Virus record (IMG/VR): IMGVR_UViG_3300036805_000175
Location: 1-64,000 of that record
Strand: one strand, 5' to 3'
DNA from: a virus
Lineage: Duplodnaviria > Caudoviricetes
DNA: 64,000 nt
Under the pieces are notes generated by a model, which did no database searches, was not told where the DNA came from, and was given only the letters and a program-made list of their open reading frames with translations. A program made the translations under genes and the position numbers. Below, piece after piece: positions 35,501 to 44,828 of the stretch; within the stretch, counting starts at the first letter, position 1, and each line of letters starts with the position of its first letter.

Positions 35501-36119
35501 GATCAAGAAGGACAAGGCCGCAGCGGCGGCGGCGTTCGGCGCCGGCGAGCAGGGCGACACGGGAGCCCGGACGCGCAGCGCAGCGGTCGCGCAGGCATAC
35601 GCCGCGTCGCAGCTCGGCCGGTTCGGCTGGGGACCGGGCCAGATGGGGCCCCTCATCATGCTGTGGAACCAGGAATCAGGCTGGTCCGCCTATGCGGTCA
35701 ACCAGAGCAGCGGGGCGGCGGGCATCGCCCAGTCTCTCGGCCACGGCCCGGTCACCCTCGGCGACTACGTGGGGCAGATCAACTGGGGTCTCGGCTACAT
35801 CAAGTCCACCTACCTGTCACCCGCCGGGGCGTGGGCGCACGAGCAGGCATTCAACTGGTACGGCAACGGGCTGCGCGACGGCGTCTTCGACCGGCCGACA
35901 CTGATCGGCGTCGGCGAGCGCGGCCGGGAGCGGGTGAACATCGAGCCACTGTCCCGGCCGCAGTCACCGGCCACGGGCGGCTCTGCGGCCGGTGCACGGC
36001 AGCCGCAGACCATCGTCGGTGCCCAGTTCACCGGACCCGTCTACCTGCAGGACAAGACACAGGCGCTGCTGCTCGGCCAGCAGACCTCGTGGGCGATCAG
36101 CAAACGGAACTGGGGGTGA
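32595..36119 (+). CDS. Tape measure protein (TP901-type core) with C-terminal lytic transglycosylase-like domain
   Basis: 1174 aa Ala/Gly-rich helical protein; LMTDEGIPAQQAATRLR; LWNQESGW...QINWGLGYIKSTY. Confidence 0.95.
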   Translation: MVMLGAVRVAVLPDLAGFTPAVRRGVAGANLGAEGKKAGKAYGSGLSGALKSLKGTLAVAGIAGLAIGIDKSVKAASEFQSQMEKIHTQAGGTQRDVTSLSKAILGMTNAQQGPQQLAQAMFHLKSVGLDNVNAMKALKAASDLAAVGGADLEDTTNAVAGAWRSGVKGAQTFGQAAATVNSIVGAGNVKMGDLVNAIGTGILPSARAFGVSFKSVGAALALMTDEGIPAQQAATRLRMSLSLLGAPSNAAEQQLKSIGLTGLKLANDLRSPGGIVAAIGDLKSHLEASGKSASAQAQILSHAFGGGRSSSAILTLINNYGVLQRKQDQVNAGISKFGEDVAAQKQTAEAQFHILGANVERLGISIGNVLLPAAAGFTKFLNTFLVPGLGHLASALTGSGKGSTILRDSLFGVAAAFAALKSIGLVTRLISSSAASFGRLALVFRSMKDAAAAGTGIKTLASGVGTLAARQGTAVAGAGALGAAIGGISLSAAGATLGLGAVAAGVGYYIYTQRNSLTLSQQINRQFDTERAKLGFNAAAYDKLAGSIGKQARAQEQVSQGGGRLDAVVQNNTARITTYATQQNKAVTAGKNLSDALNSIQIRMNTSRGDAINLAQAAGVSAKQLAAGGEAGRKAAAKVAAYGQANEAAVQPVKGLNTDLQVTSNKALSATDRINGLTSALGKLLDPLTSNSDNLVTFYNDLKTATGNLRASGGAMGYLTQKQRDSRGSFNAVLGDLESLITNTHQSSTQLDANRKMVEKEIPRLYDLAGSNKSARAEVAALAKAVRGQTGDIGAGHGNRADLTKQTGQAGQTASTAKGDITRLATAIRHIPSFEGFKLQMTGSGAYTIHGPGANFIGPATGRGGVGSRPRAGGGPVTGPGGPRDDRAGLFALSNKEWVIQARSASKYGSTAMSAVNAGTAQIVVPGLAAGGLVEAGSQAVLSGQYAVNMTGTFRKDLTHSMASAMREAIKKDKAAAAAAFGAGEQGDTGARTRSAAVAQAYAASQLGRFGWGPGQMGPLIMLWNQESGWSAYAVNQSSGAAGIAQSLGHGPVTLGDYVGQINWGLGYIKSTYLSPAGAWAHEQAFNWYGNGLRDGVFDRPTLIGVGERGRERVNIEPLSRPQSPATGGSAAGARQPQTIVGAQFTGPVYLQDKTQALLLGQQTSWAISKRNWG

Positions 36120-36123
36120 CCTG

Positions 36124-37026
36124 TTGACGGTCGTCTCCATCACCCTGCATGACCCGGACACCGGGCTCACGTCGCAGGTGTGGCCGCGGCTGGGCGTCGC
36201 CTACCAGGGCTACCAGGTGCAGGGCACCCCGCGCGCCGTGACCGAATCCCGGACCGGCGGCGACGGGACGGTGGACGCCACCCGCAACCTGGACGACGCC
36301 GCCATCTCGCTGAACCTGCGGCTGTACGCCACCCCGCAGGCACTGATGGACGAGTTCGCCGCATTCCTGCACCCGCGCCGCCGGCCGCTGCTGATCGTCG
36401 AGGACACCGAGTGGGCGCAGCCGCGGCAGCTGCTGCTCCGGTCCGACACGCACACCACTCCCCGCGAGGTGGGGACCGGCATCACGAGGAACGTGCAGTT
36501 CCAGTGGCGCGGCCCTAACGGCATGTGGGAGCAGACCGGCGACCTGCTCGAGTTCGCGGTGCCGGTGACCCTCCCGGCGACCGACGGCCTGCACGTGCAG
36601 GCGTCCGGCGGGCTGCACTTCCCGTCCACCGGGCTCGACGTGAAGCCGACCGGGGCGGTGGGGGAATACGAGGCGGTCAACCCCGGCAGTGAGGATGTGC
36701 CCTGGCAGGGATTCCTCTACGGCCCGTGCGTGGGCCCGAAAATCGCCAACGACTCGGTGTTCAATGCGGACGGCAGCCAGGGGCAGGCGCTCGAGTTCAC
36801 CGACGACGTGGTACTGCAGGCCGGCGATTACCTGTGGCTGGACTCCACCGGGCAGGCGCTGATCAACTCCGACCCGGACTCCTCCGTGCTCACCAGCCTG
36901 GACACGGGCACGTCGGACTGGTGGCCAATCCAGCCCGGCACGAATCTGCTCCGTTATTACCCCACGACGGGCTCGGCCGGCGCGGTGGCGCTCATCTACT
37001 GCCGGCCCGGATGGTACCCGCAGTGA
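36124..37026 (+). CDS. Distal tail (Dit)-like protein
   Basis: Immediately after TMP; FLYGPCVGPKI, WWPIQPGTNLLRY. Confidence 0.8.
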   Translation: MTVVSITLHDPDTGLTSQVWPRLGVAYQGYQVQGTPRAVTESRTGGDGTVDATRNLDDAAISLNLRLYATPQALMDEFAAFLHPRRRPLLIVEDTEWAQPRQLLLRSDTHTTPREVGTGITRNVQFQWRGPNGMWEQTGDLLEFAVPVTLPATDGLHVQASGGLHFPSTGLDVKPTGAVGEYEAVNPGSEDVPWQGFLYGPCVGPKIANDSVFNADGSQGQALEFTDDVVLQAGDYLWLDSTGQALINSDPDSSVLTSLDTGTSDWWPIQPGTNLLRYYPTTGSAGAVALIYCRPGWYPQ

Positions 37027-37042
37027 CCCCTGGAGGTACCCG

Positions 37043-38008
37043 GTGACGCTCCACCAGCCGCTGCTGATGCAGCCTTCCACCGGGGATGCGGATCTCACCT
37101 GGTCCGGGCAGGAGATGCGGACGCTGCTGGCCGCGCTGCTCGGCCACCCAGACGGCTTCCAGAACGCCCGGGGCATCCTCGGCGGCGTCAACGGCATCGG
37201 CTTCTCGGTGGCGCAGCGCGGCGCCGGGGCGAACTTCAGCGTCGACATCCCTGCCGGCAAGGCCGTCGTGGTGGGCGGCGACATCACCAACCAGGGCTCG
37301 TACGTCATCTGGAACGACACCACGTTCAACCTGGCCGTGCCCAGCCCCGGATCGGGCACGGAGGTGCACCGGGTCGTCCTGCAGGTCCGGGACAAGCTCG
37401 TCAACGGCACGTGGACGACGTACGACTTCACGCCGGTGCTGCTCCCGGACACCGGCTCGGGCACCCCGGCCGAGCCCGCGTCGGCGGTGACGATCGCGTT
37501 CGTGTCCGTCGCGGCCGGGCAGGCGTCGGTGCAGAACGCGAACATCACCGACTACCGGGAACACGCGTCCACGGTCACCTGTTTCAAGGCGTCCGACACC
37601 TCCCGCGCCTCGACAACGTCGATGACCAAGGACCCGGACATCCAGCTGAACAACCTGGCCGCCGGGGCCACCTACGACGTGCGCGGGGTGATCTTCTACA
37701 CCGGCGGCACCGGCGGCAGCGAGGGCGACATCCAGTACACGTGGAACACGCAGAACTGCGGGTTCACCTACGGCAGCAGCCGGCAGAACCTCGCCGGGCC
37801 GGCGGCCGGGTTCGCCAACACCGACGCCGACACGGTCCAGGCGGCCACGACCGGCGTCTCGTCGCTGATGAACATCAGCATCCAGGGCACGCTCGTCACC
37901 ACCGCCAGCCCGGCGTTCTGCCGGTTCTCCTGGGCGCAGAACTCCAGTAACGCCACCAATACGACCGTGAAGGCCAAAAGCCAGCTCCGCGCCCGCAGGC
38001 AGTTCTAG
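37043..38008 (+). CDS. Minor tail protein
   Basis: FSVDIPAGKAVV...HRVVLQVRD...PASAVTIAFVSVAAG...NITDYR. Confidence 0.75.
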   Translation: MTLHQPLLMQPSTGDADLTWSGQEMRTLLAALLGHPDGFQNARGILGGVNGIGFSVAQRGAGANFSVDIPAGKAVVVGGDITNQGSYVIWNDTTFNLAVPSPGSGTEVHRVVLQVRDKLVNGTWTTYDFTPVLLPDTGSGTPAEPASAVTIAFVSVAAGQASVQNANITDYREHASTVTCFKASDTSRASTTSMTKDPDIQLNNLAAGATYDVRGVIFYTGGTGGSEGDIQYTWNTQNCGFTYGSSRQNLAGPAAGFANTDADTVQAATTGVSSLMNISIQGTLVTTASPAFCRFSWAQNSSNATNTTVKAKSQLRARRQF

Positions 38009-38010
38009 CC

Positions 38011-41000
38011 GTGGGGTTCGTGCAGAAGGCTGGGTCCGCATCGGGGTCCGGTGCGACCCTCACGGTCACCGTCGGCCAGGACGGCGGCGTGGCGGTCCCC
38101 GGCTTCGCCACGGTCGCGGCCGGGCACACCGCCATCCTGGGCATGTCGGCGGCCGGCGGCATCTACGCCGCCTCCGTGACCGACAGCCACGGCAACGCGT
38201 GGAACGTGGACTCCCCGGGGAGTCCCTCCACGACCGGCATCCGGTCCGGGCTGGCCTCCGCGCCCGTTGGCACGCCGCTGGCGGCCGGGGACACGGTCAC
38301 CATCACCTGGTCGGCCACGCCCACCGGTGGCGCGCAGGCCGGCCTGGCCGACTTCACCGGCATCGGCGTCTCCGGCACCCACGCCGCCACCGACCCGCAC
38401 GGCACCGCCGACCACATCTCCGCCGCCACGCTCAGCCTGGAAACCGCCGCGGCCGCGGGGCAGCTGGGCGAGACCGTCATCTCGGTGGCCGGGTCGTCAT
38501 CGGCCGCGGGCACCCTGTCGCCATCGGCCACCGACGCCGATTCCGGCGGTACCTGGGCCAGCCTGGGCTACCCGGCCGCGCCGGGCCGGCTGGACATCGC
38601 CTGGCAGGCCGCACCCGCCACGGGCACGCCGACCACGTTCGCGGTCACCTGGACGGACAGCGCCGGGCCGCCGCAGAACATGGACGCCTGCCTGGTCGCC
38701 TACCTGCCGGCGTCCGGACTGGTGATCGGCGGCACGCCCGGCGAGGGCAAGGCCGGCGACACGCTGACGTTCGTCCCGGACATCGAAGGCGGCACCGGCC
38801 CGTACACGCTCGCCCTCGCCTCCGGTGTCCTGCCGCCCGGCCTCACCCTCGTCGCGGGCGGCGGCGGTGGCGGCGGGCCGGTGGGGCAGTTCGGCAACAC
38901 CTACCACGTGCCCTCGCTCGGCAGCATCCAGGTGGCGACGGAGAAGTGGGTCGGCACCGCCGCCGGGTACGGGCCGCCGGACATGGTGGAACGCTGGCCG
39001 ACCGCCCGGAAGTGCTTCTTTGGCGCGTCGGACGGCACCGGGTCGCTGGCGAACTTCCCGCAGACCCTCGGTGATGACACCAAGGCCTGCGTGGACATGA
39101 ACATGACCGCGTTCCTGGTGTACAAGCCGGCCGTCAACAAGTCACTGACCACCTACGACGCCACCGTGGGCTCCGCGACCGGGGGGAACAGCCACGGCGG
39201 CACGCAGGCCGACTGGATCGCGCTGCGCGACTCGCTGAAGGCGCTGAAGGCCGCCAAGGTGGCCTGCGAGGCCGTGCTGTGGCATGAGATCGAGCACCAG
39301 CCGCTCACCCCCGTCCAGTACTGGTCGTGCCTGGCCTGGTATTCCAGCGCGGTCACCGCGGCGCTCGGCACCGGCCACCTGCACCATTCCTCGTCCGCGT
39401 CCTATGCCGGCAAACTCGTCTCCACCTTCCCCGGCAAGCCGAACTTCTCCAGCACCTGCTTCATCACCGGCAAGGTGTGGACGGACTGCTACACCCACTC
39501 CTGGCTCGGCGGCTACCGGCTCGACGGCCACGACACGCCGGGTGCCGGGGCACCGGCCGCAACCTCGCTGTACGGCCTGGCCATCCTGAACGGCCTCGGC
39601 CTCGGCGGGGTCATGGAACTTGGCATGGGCCAGGTACTCCACAAGGACAAGAACGGCAAGGTTGACCAGGTCCCCGGGGACACGCCGAAGTACGTGGACT
39701 ACCTGGCCAGGGCCGCGCTCGCCTATCCCGGCACCTCCTACTTCTGGTATGCGGACCCGACCGGGGCGACCGGCGGCACCAACGACGTGATCCCCGGCTT
39801 CGCGTCCGACGCGGACGGGTCGCTCGGCGGGTACGACGCCCGGCCGGCTCTGCGGAACCTGGCCGACGCGATCACCGGCGCCGGTGGTGGTGGCAGCACG
39901 CCGGAAGTGCAGGGCACGCCCACCGCGGACGGGTCGTGGACGGTCACGCTGCGGGTGACCGACTCCCTTGGCGCGACCGCGACGGCGAGTTTCACCTTCG
40001 TCATCGGCCCGGTCACCCCGCCACCGCCACCCCCGCCACCACCACCGATCCCGGTGCCGGTGCCCAGCCCGGGCAAGCCACCCATACCTAAGCCGTGGGT
40101 GTTCAAAATCTGCGCCCAGCAGCCGTCCGGGGCCGAACTCGCCCCGATCATGCAGGCCGCCACCCGCCAGCTGATCCTGCGCGCGGGTGCGGGGAACTAC
40201 CACGAGGCCACCGTGGACCTGTCTGGCGACGACAGCGCCGCCGCCTACGTGACCGAACTCGTCACCGACCTGCAGGTGCACCTCGGCGGCCAGGTGCTGT
40301 TCTGCGGCCGGATCGGCGGCGCTGGGGACTCCCTGCCCTCCGGGGGGGACTACCGGTTCACGCCGGCCGCGCTGGACTACCGGGAACTGCTGCGCCGCCG
40401 GTCCCTCGCGGTCAACGGCGGCCCCAACTACCAGGGCGTGGATGTCGCCGACATCGCCTGGGATCTGATCCAGCAGACGCAGAACACGCCGGCCGGGTGG
40501 CTTGGCATCGCCCGCGGGAAAGGCGCCGACGGGCTCGGGCAGAAGCGGTTCATCAACACGATCCGGCAGAACTTCGTCGGTGCCACCATCGACCAGCTCG
40601 CGCAGATGAACCCGGGCATGTTCGACTGGGACATCACCCCGTACGGGCCGGGTGACCTGCGGCTGGACATGTGGGCGCCCACCCGGGGCAAAGACCAGGG
40701 CGTGACGCTGCTGTACGGCGGCCCGCTGGTCGACTCGATCGACCGCACCACCGACCCGTCGGCGTTCGCCAACTCAGTGTTCGTCACCGGCCAGTCCACG
40801 TCGGCGCAGACCTCCATCGCGGCCGGCAGTGATACCGGAACGATCGCCAACATCGACCACTGGGGCAGCCCGGCCCCGGGCGAGCTGGACGTGGACGACG
40901 CGTCGTCGTTCACCGCCTCGGGCACGCTGATCGTGCACGACTCCGCGGCGGCGAACGCGCTCGTGGACTACACCAACCACGGGGACAACCGGTTCACCGG

Positions 41001-41463
41001 CTGCACTGTCCGCGGCTCACCCAGCGGCACGGTCACCAAGGGCAACTATGTGTTCCAGAAGCCCCTGGACCCGGTGCAGCTCGACGCCGCCGGGATCGCC
41101 GGCCGGCCGGAGGGCCGCTGGGACCAGGTGATCGGGTCGCAGGCCACCACGCAGGACGCGGTCAACGCCGCCGCCGCCTACGACCTGCAGCTTGGCGAGG
41201 TCGTCACGCCGTCCTACGTGATTGTGCTGAAGCCGGGCGCGTGGGCCGGGCCCAAGCACATCTGGCTGGGCGACTGGGTGACGGTGATCATCAGCCGCGG
41301 CCGGCTGAACGTCAGCGACCGGCTGCAGGTGTCCGAGATGGACTTCGACATCAGCCCGGACAACATCGAGACCGTCACGCTCACGCTTGGCCGGCCGCCG
41401 TTCAAGTGGGAGCGGCACATCGCGATCATCCTGCGGCGGCTCAGAAATTTGGAGGCCGAGTGA
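38011..41463 (+). CDS. Large tail protein: beta domain + Ig domain with inserted GH-like domain + Tal/gp37-like baseplate hub
   Basis: He_PIG-like GGTGPYT...LPPGLTL / GTPT...VTLRVTDS; insert with WHEIEH and VMELG; poly-Pro linker; C-term GPKHIWLGDWVTV...LGRPP. Confidence 0.7.
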   Translation: MGFVQKAGSASGSGATLTVTVGQDGGVAVPGFATVAAGHTAILGMSAAGGIYAASVTDSHGNAWNVDSPGSPSTTGIRSGLASAPVGTPLAAGDTVTITWSATPTGGAQAGLADFTGIGVSGTHAATDPHGTADHISAATLSLETAAAAGQLGETVISVAGSSSAAGTLSPSATDADSGGTWASLGYPAAPGRLDIAWQAAPATGTPTTFAVTWTDSAGPPQNMDACLVAYLPASGLVIGGTPGEGKAGDTLTFVPDIEGGTGPYTLALASGVLPPGLTLVAGGGGGGGPVGQFGNTYHVPSLGSIQVATEKWVGTAAGYGPPDMVERWPTARKCFFGASDGTGSLANFPQTLGDDTKACVDMNMTAFLVYKPAVNKSLTTYDATVGSATGGNSHGGTQADWIALRDSLKALKAAKVACEAVLWHEIEHQPLTPVQYWSCLAWYSSAVTAALGTGHLHHSSSASYAGKLVSTFPGKPNFSSTCFITGKVWTDCYTHSWLGGYRLDGHDTPGAGAPAATSLYGLAILNGLGLGGVMELGMGQVLHKDKNGKVDQVPGDTPKYVDYLARAALAYPGTSYFWYADPTGATGGTNDVIPGFASDADGSLGGYDARPALRNLADAITGAGGGGSTPEVQGTPTADGSWTVTLRVTDSLGATATASFTFVIGPVTPPPPPPPPPPIPVPVPSPGKPPIPKPWVFKICAQQPSGAELAPIMQAATRQLILRAGAGNYHEATVDLSGDDSAAAYVTELVTDLQVHLGGQVLFCGRIGGAGDSLPSGGDYRFTPAALDYRELLRRRSLAVNGGPNYQGVDVADIAWDLIQQTQNTPAGWLGIARGKGADGLGQKRFINTIRQNFVGATIDQLAQMNPGMFDWDITPYGPGDLRLDMWAPTRGKDQGVTLLYGGPLVDSIDRTTDPSAFANSVFVTGQSTSAQTSIAAGSDTGTIANIDHWGSPAPGELDVDDASSFTASGTLIVHDSAAANALVDYTNHGDNRFTGCTVRGSPSGTVTKGNYVFQKPLDPVQLDAAGIAGRPEGRWDQVIGSQATTQDAVNAAAAYDLQLGEVVTPSYVIVLKPGAWAGPKHIWLGDWVTVIISRGRLNVSDRLQVSEMDFDISPDNIETVTLTLGRPPFKWERHIAIILRRLRNLEAE

Positions 41464-41756
41464 GCACACCGCTGGGGCCACTGGACACGACCGTCATCAC
41501 CAGGATACTGCTGCCCGGTGCCGGTGACTGGGTGGATGTAGTTCCCGGCACCCTGTTCATCTTCAACAACCCGCAGTTCATTGTGCTCGGCTCCGACCCA
41601 GAAGTCCCGGATCTGGTCACCCCAGGTGGCCTATGGCTGACCTGGCAGGACAGTACCGGCGAAGTCCACGGGACGCCGGCAGGCAGCGTGCTCGACACCA
41701 TCTGGACGCCGCCGGTGCCGCTCAGCCAGCAAGACACCGCGAAGGAGGCCGGCTGA
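41460..41756 (+). CDS. Hypothetical tail-associated protein
   Basis: GTGA-coupled ORF. Confidence 0.5.
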   Translation: MSTPLGPLDTTVITRILLPGAGDWVDVVPGTLFIFNNPQFIVLGSDPEVPDLVTPGGLWLTWQDSTGEVHGTPAGSVLDTIWTPPVPLSQQDTAKEAG

Positions 41757-42043
41757 TGGCAGGGCACCGGGACATCCTGCTGGCGCGGGTGGCCGCACTG
41801 GAGGCGCGGCAGGCGCAGCTGGAACGCCGCCACGGCGCGCCCGCGCTCAGCGGCACCGTCATCGGGATACCGGGCCACGAGCCCGCGCCCGGCACCTGGG
41901 ACGCGCACGCCCGCACGGGCGTGTGCAGGCACTGCGAACTGCCCATCAGCGGCGGCACCGACAGCCACCACGGCTGGTCCACCCAGGCCGGCGGCACAGG
42001 CTGCCTGGCGCACCCGGACCTGGCAGGGAAGGATCACCTTTGA
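41756..42043 (+). CDS. Hypothetical protein (coiled N-term, CxxC)
   Basis: TGATG coupling. Confidence 0.45.
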   Translation: MAGHRDILLARVAALEARQAQLERRHGAPALSGTVIGIPGHEPAPGTWDAHARTGVCRHCELPISGGTDSHHGWSTQAGGTGCLAHPDLAGKDHL

Positions 42044-42351
42044 ACAAGCAGCAGGGTCACACCACCGGCCCGCAGTCGTTCCGGGTGCACGCCGAAGGGG
42101 ACCTGGCCACCGTCACCGCCCAGCTGGCCACCGCCGGCGACAGCGAGAGCGAACTGGCCGCGGGCTGCCGCAAGATGCTGGCCGGGCTGCTCGCTGATGC
42201 CCTCGCGGACGAGCCGCGCCCGGATACCGAGGGTGGCGCGGTGCCGTTCCGCTACGTCGCGTCGGCGTCGGGGCATCCCGGCGACCCGGAGGCGGGCAAG
42301 CCGCCATGGCTGAGCGTCATCGTGCACGCTGACACCCAGGAGAGCGAGTGA
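42040..42351 (+). CDS. Hypothetical protein
   Basis: TTGA-coupled ORF. Confidence 0.45.
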   Translation: MNKQQGHTTGPQSFRVHAEGDLATVTAQLATAGDSESELAAGCRKMLAGLLADALADEPRPDTEGGAVPFRYVASASGHPGDPEAGKPPWLSVIVHADTQESE

Positions 42352-43340
42352 GCAGTCCCCGCCCAGCCATGTTCCGCGCGGGCGGCATTCCCCGCGGGAT
42401 GCCGCTCCTCGGCTCAAGCACCCGCTGCCTGCTCGCGGATATCAGCGAATTCCAGCCCGACCTGCATGACGCCGCCTACCTGGCCTGGTCGAAGGCCATC
42501 ATCATCCGCGCCATGTACGGTGACGCACACGATGACCGGGCCTGGTTCGGCGGCGCGAGGCGTGCGGCCCTGCACGCAGGTGGCGTCCAATTCCTAGGCT
42601 TGTATCAGTACCTGGTCGCCGGCCAGGACGCCGCAGCACAGGCCCATGCCCTGGTGGACCTGCTCGGCCCGCTCAGGCCGGGCGAGGTGCCCATCTGCGA
42701 CCTGGAGGAAGGCGACGGCAACCAGGCCAGCCGGTACGGTGCCTGGCGGGCTGTCGTCGTCGGGGCCTACCCGCAACTGAAGGACACGCCGCTCGGCGGG
42801 CCGCTGCTGTACTCCGGGCTCAACTTCGCGGCCACGCACGGCCTGCGGCCGGACTGGGTGGCCGCCTACCAGTCCACCGCCCCGGCGATGCCGCATGTCC
42901 TCTGGCAGTTTTCCGCCAGCTTCCAGGTGCCCGGCGTCGGCATCGCGGACTGCTCCGTCTACCTGGGCACCGTGGCGGACCTGCGGGCGCTCGTCACCCC
43001 GAAGTCCAGGCCCGCGCCGAGGCCAGACCCCCAGCCTGCCCCCACTCCAGTCCCGGAGGACGAGCCGATGAACCTGGACACCACCATCCCGAGCCACCCC
43101 CTGCTGATCGACTTCGGCACGAAGACCCTGGACCTGCTCTCGGTGAACACCGAGGGCAGCCCGCTTGAGGTCACCGTCACCTTCCTCAACGAGGGGGCGA
43201 AGGCGAAGCCGTACACCCTGTCGTGGGGGACTGCGGACACCGTGGGCTCAGGCATCGAGGTGCCGGCGGGGATCAAGAAGGCCCGCATCGACATCATCTC
43301 CGGTGGCGGCCTGCCGCTGGGTGTGAGATTTAATCAGTGA
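42348..43340 (+). CDS. Endolysin, GH25 muramidase
   Basis: LADISEFQ, GLYQY, PICDLEEG, LWQFSAS...ADCSVYLGT; Pro linker and C-terminal domain. Confidence 0.88.
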   Translation: MSSPRPAMFRAGGIPRGMPLLGSSTRCLLADISEFQPDLHDAAYLAWSKAIIIRAMYGDAHDDRAWFGGARRAALHAGGVQFLGLYQYLVAGQDAAAQAHALVDLLGPLRPGEVPICDLEEGDGNQASRYGAWRAVVVGAYPQLKDTPLGGPLLYSGLNFAATHGLRPDWVAAYQSTAPAMPHVLWQFSASFQVPGVGIADCSVYLGTVADLRALVTPKSRPAPRPDPQPAPTPVPEDEPMNLDTTIPSHPLLIDFGTKTLDLLSVNTEGSPLEVTVTFLNEGAKAKPYTLSWGTADTVGSGIEVPAGIKKARIDIISGGGLPLGVRFNQ

Positions 43341-43912
43341 CCACACTCGACGCAGCCCCCGGTGATGTGCTGGCGGTCAGCGCCGGGCCGTGGTGGTGCC
43401 GCAAGGTGATCGAGCTCGGCGAGCGGATGCGCGGCCTCGCCGCACCCGTCAACCACGTGATCGTGATCACTCATCAGGACGCACTCGGCAGGTGGATCGG
43501 CGTTCAGGGGCAGCCCGGCGGGGTCGGTCCCGTGGACTGCACGCCATACCTGGCTGCCAAGGTCACGCGCTCCAACCATCTCCAGCCGAAGCCGGCACCG
43601 GGCAGCCCGGAGATGACCGCATTCCTGGCGGACTGCGTAAACGCGCTGGGCATCCGGTACGACTGGGCGGGGATCGATGACGACCTGCTCGACGCCCTGC
43701 ACTTGCACGACCTGACCGCACTAGTGGACCGGCTGTGGCGGTGGCCGGCCAAGCACGGGATGCTGCCGGGCGAGGTCGTCTGCTCGTCGCTGGCGGCTGA
43801 GCTTTATGCGCTGGCCGGCTGGCCGCACCCCGATCTCGGGGACGAGCGGCAATGCGAGCCATCGTCGTGGTGGCGATGGAACGACGGCGAGCAGTGGCGG
43901 CATGCTGCGTGA
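43337..43912 (+). CDS. Permuted papain-like (YiiX/YebB, NlpC/P60 superfamily) enzyme
   Basis: PGDVL...NHVIVI...GIRYDW...VVCSSLAAELYALAG (His before Cys, permuted order). Confidence 0.6.
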   Translation: MTTLDAAPGDVLAVSAGPWWCRKVIELGERMRGLAAPVNHVIVITHQDALGRWIGVQGQPGGVGPVDCTPYLAAKVTRSNHLQPKPAPGSPEMTAFLADCVNALGIRYDWAGIDDDLLDALHLHDLTALVDRLWRWPAKHGMLPGEVVCSSLAAELYALAGWPHPDLGDERQCEPSSWWRWNDGEQWRHAA

Positions 43913-44013
43913 TCTGCTCACCGGCACACTGCTGGCGGCGGTAGTGCTGACGCTGGCGGTGATCGCCTGGGGTGTGCGGTCCGCACGGCAGGCACGGCTC
44001 GAGGAGGACGGCA

Positions 44014-44310
44014 GTGGACGCTCACCAGCTCGCAACCCTGATCGCGGTCCCTTTGCTGACCGGGACGGTGATCCCGCAGCTGACGGTCCTGGTCACCAAG
44101 GCCACGGTGGCGAAGGGGATCCGGAACCTGATCACCCTCGCCCTGGCCGCGCTGTCCGGCGCGCTGGCCACGGTCACGTGGGGCAGCACCGAGCGGTGGC
44201 AGGATTACGTGATCGCCATCGGCACCGCCGCCCTGGCGTCGCTGATCACGCATGAGGCGGGGATGACCGGGCCGCTGGACCGGGCCACAGCCCGCCGCGG
44301 GCTCGGCTGA
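44014..44310 (+). CDS. Putative holin
   Basis: GAGGAGG RBS; 3 hydrophobic segments; follows the endolysin. Confidence 0.65.
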   Translation: MDAHQLATLIAVPLLTGTVIPQLTVLVTKATVAKGIRNLITLALAALSGALATVTWGSTERWQDYVIAIGTAALASLITHEAGMTGPLDRATARRGLG

Positions 44311-44378
44311 CCCACTCAGGCGGCAGGCGGTGCGCCCGGTTCCCATAGGCCCAGCAGCGGCCAGGACGGGCGGGGGCT

Positions 44379-44828
44379 ATGGGTGCTGGGCCTGAGTCCC
44401 GCCGGCCGCCCCTGATGGCGCGGAGACCGGGACGCGTCATCGTCTGGTACGCGTGCGTCCTGCATTACGCCTGGAGCGTCCTGCTGGCGGTCAGCCCCGC
44501 AGCCATGCACTCCACGCCCGTGTCCGCCGTGGTCGCCGTGTCCGGCGGCCGGCGGGGCGCGCTGGCCGCGCTGGCCGCCTGCGCGTCTGCCGCACTGGCG
44601 GCCCCGCTGGCCCGCCGCGGCTGGCTGCTGCCGGTGCTGCTCGTCCCGCAGCAGACCCTGCTGCTGATGAGCGCCGGCGCGGCCCTGCACGCCACCGCCG
44701 CGGGCCACTACGCGGACGGCGTGCCCCGGCCGTGGCCGTTCATCCTCGGCGATCAGCTGCCGGTCATCCTGACCGCCCTCCTGTACACGGCCGCCCTGCT
44801 GTCCTACCGGGTGCCGCATGAGCGGTAA
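44379..44828 (+). CDS. Multi-pass membrane protein
   Basis: About 4 hydrophobic segments. Confidence 0.55.
   Translation: MGAGPESRRPPLMARRPGRVIVWYACVLHYAWSVLLAVSPAAMHSTPVSAVVAVSGGRRGALAALAACASAALAAPLARRGWLLPVLLVPQQTLLLMSAGAALHATAAGHYADGVPRPWPFILGDQLPVILTALLYTAALLSYRVPHER

Noticed and set aside
40015-40100. CCA/CCG repeat tract as a DNA-level repeat element
   Set aside because: Explained by the poly-proline linker of the tail protein.
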